From NCBI GenBank assembly GCA_000004985.1, contig GG738903.1: a stretch of 64,000 nucleotides of DNA. The stretch is one strand, 5' to 3'. A program made the translations under genes and the position numbers. Positions 31,815 through 45,200 of the stretch are shown here, piece after piece. The notes under the pieces were generated by a model. That model was given only the letters and a program-made list of their open reading frames with translations. It had not been told where the DNA came from and did not search any database. This DNA comes from Naegleria gruberi. Taxonomy: Eukaryota. Numbering within the stretch: position 1 is the stretch's first letter; each line of letters starts with the position of its first letter.

Positions 31815-34322
31815 CTAAAAAATGTGATCATCAGAATCATCATCATCGTCATCATCTTCATCATAGTAATTACCATATATATAACCCATATCAAGATCAT
31901 CAGAATCATCAGAGTTATAATCCTCATCAGATGTGTCTTCTTCCATGCTGTCTGTGTTAACCTGTACTTCTAATTGCTGTGTAATCCTTTTCAAAAGGGA
32001 TGTCACATACAGGCTTCTCGACTCATTGAATGAAATGCAATCTGTTATAGCATCAAAAATGTCATCAACATTCAAATGTTTTGGTCTTACATCTAGATTG
32101 TGCTCTAAAATATTTAAAAAATTTGTTAAAACAAGCTCAGATAATACATCGGTATCATTTTCATAGAGGAATCCACAGGGACAGCCAAACTGGCCCATGC
32201 CAGTGGAAATCTTTCCAAAATCTCCAAAATGAGCAACTGAATAGATGAATCTTTGATTCTCTATTTCATGTATTTGAGGACATTCTAATTTTTCATTAAT
32301 AAGTCTGTCAATTTCTGATTGAGGAAGTATCGCGACACCTGTTGAAAGAAAATAATTGTTCAAAATACGTCCCAACGTGATATGAGCGTCTTTAGATTTG
32401 GATTTGGCAAGAGATTTAACAATAACTTCTTCATTTCCTATTTCAGGATGAATACGAACACCCTTAAAAAATTTGACATCAAAAAAGAAGCTCACTACAA
32501 TTGGTGATAACTCTCTATCATTCTCAACTAAAAAACCCAACATTTCTGGAATTTGAAAATGCTTTGATATTTCATTCAATCGATCCTCGCATTCTTTTGT
32601 TTCAGGTAGATTGTTTCTATGGACAATATTTCCTAAATTTTTGAAAACCAACTTAGTAAGCTCTGTGTTCAACAAGGACTCAACCAATTTTTGAACAATA
32701 TCCACTACTTCCAAAGATTTAGAATCTATTGCTCCACGAACAATCTCATCAAGTGGACGTACAAGTGTCTCACTAAAAACAGAGGGCAGAGCAGGTATGT
32801 TCAGCAAGGCCTGAATACTGTCGGCAACCTGTAAAAAATAGTCCTGCTCTTTCATACATTCAGCTACTTTTTGAATAACCTCGAGAGCTTTTTCTGAAAA
32901 AATACTTTCTGTACAACAATACTTAAATGCTGCTGTGAATATTTTCAGATAATTAACTTTTGGTATTGGATTGAGAGAAAAGGCTTTCAAAATCTTGTGC
33001 ATTATCTGAGAGTCGTATGCATAATCAAATGTCAAGTGTTTGGCACCACAATTATATGCCTCCTCTCTTACTATTAAAGATTCCCTTTCTAGCAATGGCA
33101 ATATAGCTTGAACAACATTCTTACATCTAGAAAAATTTCTGTTGAAAACATGTTAGCAAGAAATAATATGATCCACTACTAACCTTTGATTATTACTCGG
33201 TGATGAAAGAGCTCTCAAACAATCTATTACTAATTCTTCATCAGAATATTTCAATAGTCTCGTTAAGAAGCTTGAAATGCTTTCAACAATATTATTATCA
33301 CCTCTTTGATCAATTATTTCCATTATAGAAATTATCTTTCTAACTCTCTTGTACTTTTCCTCTTTTGGAAATATTTTGATGCTTTCTTTTTCTATAACAT
33401 TGATATCATATGAAACTTCCTGATAGAGAGTAAAGAAGGGATGTAAATCTTTGGCTGATTTATAAGCCTCACGAATTGAAGGTATTTTTGGATTGTCTAT
33501 ATGTTGATAAGCAGTCTTTCCTAATCTTGTTATACACATTGATCTTTGATCCTCATCTTTTGACTTGTAAATTAAATCTAATAATATGCAATCCATGTCA
33601 TTCATATCAATATAACTACCTTCCCAGTTAGATGCATTATAATAGGTAACTATTAGAGACTTGAAATGTTTTAAGAAATATTTGACCTGTAAACTTGGTA
33701 CACCTGCTTCTGCAATCTTGATGGTTGCCACAAAGAGTGAAATCTTCCAATCAGGTATTTTCATTGATTGTGTGGTATAAAGTGTTATTGGCTGTTCAGT
33801 CTGACCTATTGCCACATTCAAGAAATTTAACATGTTTGTTCCGAATGTAGAATCCAAACAATAGATATGCTTTAAAAATCCTCTTGCTGTGTTCTGGTTA
33901 TTTTCTTCAAATAGGAAAGCATTCGGAAGTGCCTCGGCAGCCATCATACATATTTTGTAATTTACAATCATTTCATCATCGCTTGATTCAATTTTAAAAG
34001 TATCATCTTCAGTACAGCCAAAACTCCACTCCTTTCCATTTGATACTGTTTTATACATTTCAATTAAATTTTGTACAAGTGTTTTACATGGCTCCTTTCG
34101 GTAAGAGGCTTGATTTATCACTCTATTTCTCATCTCCTTTAAATGTTGTAATAATTCCTCTGATGTATATGTTGGCCAAGCCTCTGCCTTTTGATTTATA
34201 TCCTGTTGAGTTTCATCAGAGTAATAATCAGAGTCATCATCACTCGAAGAATAATCCCGTCCATGCATATGATAACCAAACGAATGACCAAATCTTCGCA
34301 CCAATCCCATATGATTGAACAT
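31815..34322 (-). CDS. Large soluble protein of unknown function with acidic D/E/S-rich N- and C-termini (about 810 aa). Two exons, 34322..33184 and 33138..31815, if the 45-nt intron is real.
   Basis: ATG at 34322..34320 ('MFNHMGLVRRFG'). ORFs 33153..34322 and 31815..33101 share one frame and are separated only by a single TAA (plus 33153-55). That TAA lies inside a candidate intron with donor AAAG|GTTAGT (minus strand, plus 33183) and acceptor TTTTCAACAG| (plus 33139). The 45 nt keep the frame. I see no recognisable domain. Confidence 0.5.
33139..33183 (-). other. Candidate 45-nt in-frame spliceosomal intron that contains the only stop codon between two co-framed ORFs
   Basis: GTTAGT...CAG on the minus strand. 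Its length is a multiple of 3. The alternative reading is two separate genes or stop-codon readthrough. Confidence 0.4.
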
Positions 34323-35262
34323 GTTGTATTTTCTTTTGTTTGATTTTTTTCAAATTTTAAAAAAAAAATTAAGCGCGAAAATATTGTTATTATATTAACA
34401 AAATATTATGTACTGTCTCGGAAGTGAATTGATCGTTGTCGGAATGGTTTTTCATCGGGAAGGTCTAGGAAGTGGATAGTATTTGCTCAACAACACTTGA
34501 ATGGTAGTGGTAATGGAAATCTTAAAGATTTGGGTCAACATCATGGAATTGGAAATTATTTTCTTGTTGGGAAAATAAAGGCAACACCATCATCATGAGT
34601 TCTTCATCAAATTATTAAAAATTATTAATTATGATGAATATCAAACAGCTGTTTTCAATTATGAATTGATGGCAATCTACACTTTGAAACAAAATCCGTT
34701 AATTTAGTACTAATTTAACCTGTTCCGAGTATTAAAACAGCACAACTGCTTCATTGAATTGAACACTTACAACATGTTCAATTTCTTTGACGTCAAAGCT
34801 TAGCTCCTCACAAATTTGAACATCAACAACAATTCGGAATTTGGAATAAATTGAAGTTCAGTCAATTAACCAGCGATATATTTCATTAATCATAGCTTAA
34901 CATTTTCAACAGAGAGACTGCTGACATCTTGGCCAACAAGATTATCTCTCGGCAAAATCAATACCATGTGTTGATGTTGAACAGTGTCATCTCCAACAAC
35001 ATAATGTCACAATCAACTACCGTAGTTTAGATTAGTCTAGAACTTGAATAATCATTGGAAACTACTTCCAATTTGTTAGAATTTAGGTTTCAATTGTCCT
35101 TTCATCACTTGGTTTCTAAGGTAAAGAATTGTGCACAGTATCACTTTTCAAGTCAAATAAATAAACTTGTTCCTTCTTTCGTCCAGAATCGCCATTTTAA
35201 ATTGTAAAATCACAAGCTTTGACGTCTTTCACACACTTTAAAAAATTAAAACAACGTAAGCT

Positions 35263-36840
35263 ATGAAATTCAAGAGGAATAAAACGTTAGACGAAACCGT
35301 TGTGTCTCCTTCCTCGTCAACACCAACCAATACATCATCTTCTTCTACATCCTCTTCAAAGAAAAGACCTAGCAGTGTGAATAGTGACTTTGATGTTTCG
35401 AATTATGCCATTGTTTTTGAAGAAATGATGGATTCGAAAGAAACTCGTGATTTATTCTATGAATATTTGCAGCTTAATCGTTCGGTGGAATCTCTCATGT
35501 TCATGAATCAAGTTGAAGAATATCGTGCGGAATATAACAAGAAATTCGAGAATGTTATTTGTGGTGAAAATGTTGATAAAAAGCAAGTTCATACCAAGAT
35601 TGTGGAAATCTATTCGAAAGCAAGGGGTATTCTTGATCAGTTTGTGTTTCAAGGAGGTCAATTCGAGTTGAATTTGGCCTTTGCTAACAAGGATAAGATT
35701 CGAGAACTTTGGGAAACAAAAGTTTGTGAAAGTTTTGAAAAATTGGACAAGGAAAGATTGGAGGTTGAGAAACTTTCGAAAATCATTTCCATGTTGGAAA
35801 CTGATACATTGTTTGGACTTGCAATGTTTAGTGTGAATTTGGATTTGAGGTTTGATCAATTTCCAAGATTTTCCAGATCTGAAATGTTAATGAAATTCCT
35901 CGAGTCGAAAGGAGAACGATTCACCAGAGCCATTGCAACAGATATTTCTAAAGGTTTCCAATTAGATATTCGATTCAAACCTCATCATTTACAAGATTCA
36001 ACCATTGATGACAAGTTTATTTACTTTGGTTTCACCCTCGCTGAGGACACACCTGATTGGGAATTGACCTATTCAGATAAGAAGAATACCTGTGAATTGT
36101 ACCAATCCAAAACTTCCTATGTATTCGATACTGAAACATTGAAAGGTTTGAGATTGAGTAAGGTTGTCACTCGTGTACCATATCCAATTGAAGAAGTCTG
36201 GGCATGCTTCTGGAATATAGATCTCCATAAGGTGATAGATCCTATGGGAGGTGCAGAAACTTTCAAATTAATGGATTACATTTCACCTGTATCTGAAGCT
36301 GAAGGAAAACCAAATTATTCGAATCAACAAGTTTCATGTTGTACGAAATTCCCAATTCCATTCATGAAGAAGAGAGATTTACCAATCACCATGACAGCAA
36401 TCAGAGATCCAGAACTTAACATGATCATGGTTGCAGGACACACTTGTTCACTAATCGAAACTAGAGAAGATTGCATCCCAGCTCAACTCATGTTTTACTA
36501 CATGTTCTATAAGGTCAGTGATAATGAAACTCGTTTCATTCACACTGTGTATACTGATTTGAAGTTGCCTCTAAATCCTTCCTTAATGCTCAAAGTAATC
36601 ATGTTGAAGAGAGCTAAGGATTATAAGAAAGGTTTCGAGCAACAAATTACTCGCCTTCGTAAGGAAAAAAGTACAAAGGATGGTCTGATGGATACTTCCC
36701 AATTTGTGGATGCTATGAAATATAATTTGGCCATTGAGGAGAATACTAAATTATATCCTAATAGATCGTGGTATAATGAATGGCTTCAGTTGAGAGAGAA
36801 ACGACTCAGCTTGAACATGTCAGATGCAAAATCAAATTAA
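35263..36840 (+). CDS. RGS-domain protein (N-terminal RGS, C-terminal domain unknown), 525 aa
   Basis: ATG at 35263. The RGS signature is 'FEEMMDSKETRDLFYEYLQLNRSVESLMFMNQVEEYR...IYSKARGILDQFVFQGGQFELNL' (compare ...F..FL..E.S.ENL.FW...E.YK....EVNLD). The S/T-rich N-terminus has no signal peptide. Confidence 0.6.
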   Translation: MKFKRNKTLDETVVSPSSSTPTNTSSSSTSSSKKRPSSVNSDFDVSNYAIVFEEMMDSKETRDLFYEYLQLNRSVESLMFMNQVEEYRAEYNKKFENVICGENVDKKQVHTKIVEIYSKARGILDQFVFQGGQFELNLAFANKDKIRELWETKVCESFEKLDKERLEVEKLSKIISMLETDTLFGLAMFSVNLDLRFDQFPRFSRSEMLMKFLESKGERFTRAIATDISKGFQLDIRFKPHHLQDSTIDDKFIYFGFTLAEDTPDWELTYSDKKNTCELYQSKTSYVFDTETLKGLRLSKVVTRVPYPIEEVWACFWNIDLHKVIDPMGGAETFKLMDYISPVSEAEGKPNYSNQQVSCCTKFPIPFMKKRDLPITMTAIRDPELNMIMVAGHTCSLIETREDCIPAQLMFYYMFYKVSDNETRFIHTVYTDLKLPLNPSLMLKVIMLKRAKDYKKGFEQQITRLRKEKSTKDGLMDTSQFVDAMKYNLAIEENTKLYPNRSWYNEWLQLREKRLSLNMSDAKSN

Positions 36841-37021
36841 CTTCAAATAAATGTTGTGTTGACTGTACAAATTATAGAAGAAGTATCAAAAATCCTTGCG
36901 TAAAATTATTTCAACTCCTGCTCCCGCAGATTCTCCGTTGTAACAAATTTTACTCCGCAAACACAGTGTGCATAAATCAGGCGCAAGCATTGAACATCTC
37001 TCGATAACACTCAACAAAAAA

Positions 37022-37792
37022 ATGCAAACACTCCACCTTGCCATCATTGCTGTCTTGTTAATGACCTTGGCCGTCATCTCTCATGGCCAAAACTCCAAGA
37101 TTAACATAAAGACTCCAAAGTATACTTGCTGTATGCCTCGTGCTCACACTGTCCACGCCAAAGTCACTAGAATGGGACTTTCCAACTGTAATCCATCAAA
37201 TGGTGATTGTCACTTTGATGGAATGAAGATTATTCGTGAAAAACACATGCCAGATTTCTTCCATCGTCGTTATCGTTTAGATTTACAAATTGAAGTGAAT
37301 GGAAAGGTGGTGAGTGATGAAACTACATTAGGTTTCATGGATACTTATCCATCTAACTTTGGTGTGGAATATGTTTTTAACAAAACTACTTGTTCCTGTA
37401 AACAATTGACTAGACAAGCTGCTTACTTGATGGTTTCATGTGTTGATGCTGATTATCAATTGGAAGGACATGTTGATATCGGAATTAAGAGTGAAGATCA
37501 TATTAAATCCCAGAAATTCGTTCGTACAAAGCAATTGCACTCCAATACTACACAAATTGATGTGATGGTCGTTCAACCAGTTCAAACTAAACCCCAACCA
37601 CTTCCATATCCAGATCCATATCCATCAGATTATAATTGTGCTATTGTTTATTCCGATACTAGAATTGAAAGTAGAGACACCAAAGGTCAATTGAATAATT
37701 TGGAAACTATTTCAAGTGAATGTTGGGACTTTTTGCCTTTTAACACTGATAGTGATTATGTGCTTCCATCTTATTGTCCAAAATGTCATTAA
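37022..37792 (+). CDS. Small secreted cysteine-containing protein, about 256 aa, function unknown
   Basis: ATG at 37022 in an A-rich context. Signal peptide 'MQTLHLAIIAVLLMTLAVISHG'. There are about 10 Cys and a C-terminal Pro-rich patch. Confidence 0.5.
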   Translation: MQTLHLAIIAVLLMTLAVISHGQNSKINIKTPKYTCCMPRAHTVHAKVTRMGLSNCNPSNGDCHFDGMKIIREKHMPDFFHRRYRLDLQIEVNGKVVSDETTLGFMDTYPSNFGVEYVFNKTTCSCKQLTRQAAYLMVSCVDADYQLEGHVDIGIKSEDHIKSQKFVRTKQLHSNTTQIDVMVVQPVQTKPQPLPYPDPYPSDYNCAIVYSDTRIESRDTKGQLNNLETISSECWDFLPFNTDSDYVLPSYCPKCH

Positions 37793-37875
37793 ATTCTTTT
37801 AATCCTTGTAGTATGTTAATATTCAACACGTGTTGAAAATGTTGTTGTTTTATTGTTAAAACAATGTTTTCATTC

Positions 37876-38400
37876 ATCTGATAATAAATATGATGTTTAT
37901 TATCTATTTAAATAGTAGTACTAAAAGACGATTCAAGTTGGTGAAGTACATGTTGAGTTATGGTCCATGTACTTTTTCAAAATTCACATGTACCAATCCC
38001 TATCAAACTTGACCAAAATTGATAAGAGAAAGCTCTCTTACCTACTATTGACCATTCCGAACAATACTACATTGACAGTTTTCCAAGTTGTCCAGTAGAT
38101 CCAGCAGTGATGATGAATTTAGTGAAAATTTTGACATTTCACCAAAATTACATTACTAAAAATTAAATTTCCACAAATACTATTATTATATTGATAATGA
38201 AACAATAGTATTGATGATGGTTGGTGAATGATCGGATAATGGCACCAGGTTGTGATTTTCCATCATGATGAAAAATAAATTCCAATTTCATAATGATAAT
38301 AAAAATTACTATTATTACTATTCAGATGTTGAGATGGTGATGTGAAAGTTTGATAGCTTCAAGATGTGAAACCACTCCTAAAATCAGCATTACCACAAAT
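37876..38400. repeat. Dispersed non-coding repeat, copy 1 (about 0.5 kb). It is the same family as 49987..50375.
   Basis: Long near-identical stretches match 49987..50375, for example 'tctgataa..atatgatgtttattatctatttaaatagtagtac..aagac..gattcaagttggtgaagta' and 'cttgaccaaaattgataagagaaag.tctcttacctactattgaccattccgaacaatactacattgacagttttccaa'. This copy carries an extra segment of about 58 bp (37951..38008) and a second insertion of about 70 bp. Confidence 0.65.
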
Positions 38401-39210
38401 TACATTTGTTGATTTTAAAAATATTTTTTATAAATATTTTTAATGCATTTACCACCAAAAACCGTTGCGTTTTCAAAATCAAGAAAAAAACAACAATGCA
38501 TTAAATAGACTTTCATCATTATTAATTTTGATAAAATAAATAGACTTCACCAGATGGCGGCTTCGTCTATTGTATCCAATTCAATCATCGTCATCAAGAG
38601 AGAGTTCAACTTTAACAAGCAGCGTCTAGGCATGAAAATACACTCATCAACATTCAGAGATTACCAGTTGCATCTCTTCATCACAATATTTAATTTAAAT
38701 AATGTATAGAATATTGTGGCCGTGTTCATCTAATTGGTGATATCTACAATCTCTTCCCATCACGATTATTCTTCGTACGCTACATTTTCAACGAATATTG
38801 CTGTTGAAACCATCGAGGAATCAACAATTAAGAGCAATTGGTATCAAAAGAAGTTTAATCACTATCTGTTAACCAATTTATCATTCAATCTAATTATCGA
38901 CTGAAGTGTATTGGAGACGAGATGCATTACTATGAACATTAAAATTCCAGAATGGTTCTCTAAATTCCAAAACAAATATCCTTGGATAATATTGTATCAG
39001 CAATTTCTCTTACAGTTTTGTATTGCATTCCATAAATGGAAGATTCGCGAGTAGTTTAGTTCATGTTAGTAGTATCCTAATGTCATCTATCACCATCAAG
39101 TAAGCAATAGTTTACAACATACAAAACTTTATTCGATACTCGAGATACAAAATTCACAAACAAGTTAAAAAGGTCACTTTGGATGCTATTACTACAATTC
39201 AAACAAAAAA

Positions 39211-42200
39211 ATGTCTCTTGACTACTGTATGGTCTCTAACAGAGTAAAACTCTGTAAGGTTACTGTTTGTATGCTTGTGACCCTAGTTATCTTGTCCATT
39301 TTGGCTTCTAATACTAATGCATTTGAATGTACAGGTACAGATTCTTGTAATGGTAGAGGTTTTTGTTCAACCACAGGTGATTCTTGTCAATGTTTGACAA
39401 CTCTCAACTATGATTTGAATAATAATGCCAATACTATGGTTGCTAACTCTTCCCTTTCATTCTATACTCTAGGTTCAAGTGATGGAGAAGAACCATCCTA
39501 TACTTTCATTTCTGGTAATACTACCTATGTTTCCAAAATTACTTTTGATGGTACTAATGTAAATGTTATTGTAAAGAATCAAAGTATTTTGACTCAAGAT
39601 GTTGGTAGTGGATATCAATACCTCACTCTCAAAATTGATGGTAGTTTAGGAATGTGTCAAAGTGATAAGATTGATTGTGTTGCTCTCACTAGTAACGGTG
39701 GTGTTAATTCTGCTGCTTGTAATGGAACTGGTCCTTTCTATTTCTTCTTTAGAAAGGATGGTTTAATCTCTGTTTTAGATAGTACTGGTGCAGAATGTTG
39801 GAACAGTAATGTTTTCGATTCATCAGTTAAATATCAAGATTTTGCTGGTACTAGTTGTCAAGATTCATTGTATTATTGTAATGGTATTGTAAATACTGAT
39901 GCTAATGTTTGTAGTGGTAAGGGAAAGTGTGGTTCTACTGGTTGTACTTGTAACAATACAACTCAATGGACTGGATCTGATTGCTCAACCCCTATTTGTT
40001 ATGGTTTACCTTCTACTGATGCTAACGTTTGTAAAGGAAGAGGTTCATGTGCTGCTCCAGATTCTTGTTCATGCACTATTGGTCAAGCTCCATATTGTAA
40101 TGTAACTTGTGGAAATGTTTCTGAAAGTTCTCCTAGTGTCTGTAATGGATTTGGTCAATGTATTTCCCAAGATACTTGTCAATGTACAAATCCAAATTAT
40201 TCTGGTAAGAATTGTGATGTTTATAGTTGGGTATGTCAAGATGTCAATTCTTGTAACTCTAAAGGTTTCTGTGCCAATAGTACTTTGTGTGATTGTTCCT
40301 ATGATTACATGAATATTGTTAATGGTGGTGCTACTCTCTATCGTGATGTTGTTACTAATGCTTTTGCTAATTCTCCAAATTTCAATTGTTCCCTTCGTCA
40401 AGTTGCTACTGTTGTAAATAATCAAACTGTATATCCATTGGTAGGAATTTGTGGTGGTGTCACTATTTGGACTTATCCAATTACTACTTTTACTAGTTTA
40501 CTTGAATATCTCACAATTACAGCAAATGGTCACGTTCTTGTTGAAGGTAACACTCAACTCTTAGATTTCAATTCTAATATGGCAATTAATACAACCACTC
40601 CTGTTTACAGTATGGGAAATGATGGTGTATTCAGAATTTACTCATCCACTGGTACAAATACCTATTCTCTTGGTACTTCAAATGGTCTTACAGGTTGGAC
40701 TCTTGCTTATGGTCAACAATGTCAATCTTCACACAGTTTTTGTAATGGTCTCCTCGATACTGATCCAAATGTTTGTAGTAGACGTGGTTCATGTGTTATG
40801 GGAAGTTATTGTGATTGTAAGCATGGTTTTGGTGGTACTAATTGTGAAAAGGAAGCCACTTGTGATGGAATTCCTCAATCATCCAACTTAACTTGTTCAG
40901 GACATGGTAATTGCACTTTCCAGGGATGTACTTGTACTGCTCCATACTATGGAAGTAATTGTTCTCAAAGATATTATACCTGTTATGGTATTGCTTCAAC
41001 AAATCCATCTACTTGTAGCGCTAATGGTAAATGTGTTGAAGACAATACTTGCGTTTGTAATAATGGTTTCAGTGGATCAATGTGTCAAAGTCTTTCATCT
41101 AACAATGGAACTAACAATGGTACAATCAACAATAATGGTACAATTAATAACAATGGTACTGTTAATAATAATGGAACTATTAACAATAATGGTACAACCA
41201 ATAATAATGGTACTGCTAACAATGGTACTGTTAATAACAATGGAACAATTAACAACAATAATGGTACATCTAATAATGGTACTTCCAATAATAATGGAAC
41301 CGTTGTTGATCCATGTAAGAATATCACTTGTCAATATGGTATTTGCTCTGCAGGCAAGTGTATCTGTAGTTATAGTACCGATTATTTCTATTATGGACCT
41401 ACTTGTTCAAAATACAGTGCAGTTATGTGTCAAAGCTTAATGCAAGCTTCCACAGCTCCATTCTGTGCCTCAGTTGGTGTAACTCCTAATATTATGAATT
41501 TTGTTTCTGAACTTGGTTATAATCTTCTTGCTAAATATAATGGTGCGCTTAATGAAAGCGTTGTCAGTGCTCAAGCTGTTTCAGAACTAGATAATGCTGC
41601 CTTGTTAATGTCTCAAGCATTCGTCAAAGCTTGTACCAATGATGCTTGCCGTCTTGCCTATAAGAGATATGCTTGCTATTCACAATTCCCAATTTGTTCT
41701 GCAAATACTTACATGCCAGTTTGTAATGGTGCTTGTACTACTGCCCTTAGTCCATATCCACTTCCAAATGTTAATTTGACAAGTTTGTGTGGATCTCTTC
41801 CATCTAAATATTGTACCAATGATATTAACTATGTAGATGCCAAGTGTGTTGGTGTAACTTGTTCTGGTCGTGGATCTTGTTCAAATGGAACTTGTAATTG
41901 TGCAAGTGGCTATACTGGTGCTAATTGTGAACAAGTTATCATTCCATACTCTCTCACTCCTGCCTGTGTAAATGTAATGTCCTCATCTTCAACTCCTTTC
42001 TGTGCCTCTGCTGGAGTTGTTCTCCCATTGTATAATGTTAATTTAATGAATGGTGCTAAGAGTGAAAGCCAAGCTGCTAGTATGCTTGCTGCTAGTTTAG
42101 CTCAATTAGATGCCCAAGCTAATGCTACCTTCTTAACTGGATCTTCTTATAATCCTAATTGTGCAACTGCTGATTGCTTGATTCATATTAAGAGATATGC

Positions 42201-45200
42201 ATGTTATACTACATTCAAGTCTTGTATTAATACTACTTCAACTGCTGTTCCATGGTGTAAATCTGCATGTCAAATCATGTATACTCAAGCTAGTACTATT
42301 GCTAATTTTAGTTATCCAATGAATGCTACATGTGACTCATTCCCTGACTCCAACTGTAACTACGGTGTCTACCTTCCTTCCACTACCACTTGTTTTGGTA
42401 AATCAATTAAGGATGCTACTGTATGTTCAGGAAAAGGATCATGTATTTCTCAAGATACTTGTAATTGTGCAAATGGTTATTCTGGAAGCAATTGTGAAAA
42501 GGCAGTTTGTTTCTCAAAGATTAGTTCTGATTCATCAGTTTGTTCAGGAAGAGGTTCATGTGTTGCTCCAAATAGTTGTACATGTAAAACAGGATACACA
42601 GGAGAAAAATGTGAACTTCCAACATGTAATGGTAAGAGTGATGTTTTGGGTGGTTGTTCATTCCGTGGATCTTGTAATACTACTGATTCTTGTATCTGTA
42701 ATGGTAATTTTGATTCATCAACATTCTGTTCTAAATGTAAGAGTGGTTATGTTGGATCAAATTGTGATGTTCCAGTATGTTTCTTAATTTCTGCCACTGA
42801 TAGTACTGTTTGTGGAGGTCAAGGTTCTTGCATTAGTCCAAACACTTGTAAATGTAAATCAGGATATTCAGGCACTGCTTGTCAAACCTTCTCTTGTTAT
42901 GGTATTTCAAAGACTGACAGTAATGTCTGTGGTGGAAGTACAAGAGGTTCATGTATTGGTCCAGACAATTGTAAATGTGTTACCAATTGGAACAATAAGA
43001 ATAATACTTGTACTAGTTGCAGTCCTGCATACACTGGTTCTTCATGTACTACTCCAGTTTGTAGTGCAACTGATACATGTAATTCTCATGGTACTTGTGA
43101 TTCTAATTTCAAGTGTGTCTGTACTGGTAATTTCATTGGTGATTATTGTTCATCATGTGCCACTGGATTTGTTGGTGCAAATTGTGATATTTCTTGCTCA
43201 GCTGCCAAGACATGTAATTCACACGGTTCATGTACCAATACTGGTTCTTGTACTTGTAATGGTAATTTTGATCCTTCTTTCAATTGTGCATCTGCTAAAT
43301 GTCTTAATGGTTTCTTGGGTGATGGATGTAATTACAAGGTTGATACATCTTCTTTCAAGTTCAATGCTAATGGTGATAGAATTACTGCTACCATTTATAA
43401 TGCTGTCAAGACTCAAGTTGCCTGTTCTCAAATTATTTCATCTCTCTCCAAGCTTGGTACTGGTCCAATTTGTAACATGGATGGTAAATCATCTATTGAA
43501 ATTATTTTAGGTGTTGGTGCTACCATTGTTACTGGTGATTCATTAACTCTTTATTCATTGATTGGTGACTCTAGCTCAACTGTTAATGCTGTTGTTTCTG
43601 CTGGTGAATTTGTTGCTTTAGCACCAACTTCTGCATTGACTTCTGACAAGTCTCTTGTTTCCCAATGTGATGTTTTGAATTTGAATGCATTTGATTCTGT
43701 TTCTCTTGATCGTCGTCCTCTTACATTCTCTTGGACTTGTACTGCTGGTCCATCATCAGATGATCAAACCAAATTGAATTCTTTAATTTCCTCTACTACA
43801 TTGAGTGGTATCNNNNNNNNNNNNNNNNNNNNNNNNNNNNNNNNNNNNNNNNNNNNNNNNNNATTGCTCAAGCAGCTCCAACTCTTTCAATTAAGGAAGG
43901 TACTTCTGTTAAATTCCTCATTGGAACTACAAGTCTCATTACACCAGTAATTTCATTCCCAACTTGTTATACTGGTACAGGTGCTACAACTTATACATTT
44001 ACACTTGATGGATCTGTTTCAAAGGTTTCATCCTTATCAGTTTCTACCAAGAATAACTTGTTGGTCCTTGGTTCTAGTTTTACCAATATTAATCAAGAAG
44101 GTGATTATTACTTTATTGTAACTGCATCTGCTGATAGTGCTCAAGCAGTTAGTACAACTGTTAAAGTTAGTGCTGTTGCTCAACCTATTTCAGTTGCATT
44201 CAGTGTTCCAGATATGACTCAATCTAAGGATGACCCAGTTGCCTTCTCTATTTCTGTTACTGATCCAAGTAATACTCAAGATACATTGACTCTCTCAACA
44301 ACATGTATTGATTCAACTGGTACTTCTTGTTCTAATCCAGGTTCTGCTTCATCATTCAGTTCTTCATTCGCAGCTGGTACTTATATCTTTACTACCACTG
44401 CTACTAAGGGTTCAAGAACTTCAAGTGCCAAATTGACAATTACAGTTCTCGATACTTCAAAGAGTTTAATTGTCAGAGTTTCAATTACTTCCAATGTTGA
44501 TTTGACAACTGTTGATCCAACAAAGGACTTGTATTTGACCTATAATACTTTGGATTCCTTGTCTGCTCCAACATTCTCTTGGACCTCTGCTACTGGTGAT
44601 GTTTCTTCAAGTTCTCTTCTCATCATTCCAAGCTCTAATCTTGTTCCTGGTTCTTCCTATGTTGTTTCTTTATCAGTTGTTGATGGTGCTAAATCCGGTA
44701 CTGCATCTGTCACAATTACAGTCAACTCTCCTCCAACAGTTGGTGTCTTTGAAGTTTATCCAACTAGTGGTGTTGCTTTGAGTGATTCATTCAGTCTCAA
44801 GTGTGGTAATGGTTGGTCTGATCCACAAACTCCATTATCATTCCAATTCTTCTTCTATGATTCTGTATCTATGAAGTGGAATTCACTCACTGAAAAGTCT
44901 CAACAACAAAGTGCCAACATTCAACTTCCATCACCAAGTTCAGGTTCAACATTGACTATTAAGGCTGTTGTTTATGATGCTTTGGGAGCTTCTTCTGAAT
45001 CTAGAACAAATATTACCATTACTCAACCAAGTAATGCCGACGTTGCAAGTACTTTAACTTCAATGGCAAAGGGTACTAATACTGTTACCTTGTCTGGTGT
45101 TAGTGCTGCAATGTTTGTTATTGGTGCTGTTAGTAATCCAACTGATGCTGAAAAGGCAGCCATTCAACAAGCTTCTACTGCACTTGCCAATTCATTCTTA

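Noticed and set aside
40069-43510. ORFs of 67-232 aa in alternative frames within the giant surface-protein gene
   Set aside because: Same cause as above: repetitive, stop-poor sequence. The main frame has a signal peptide and coherent domains.
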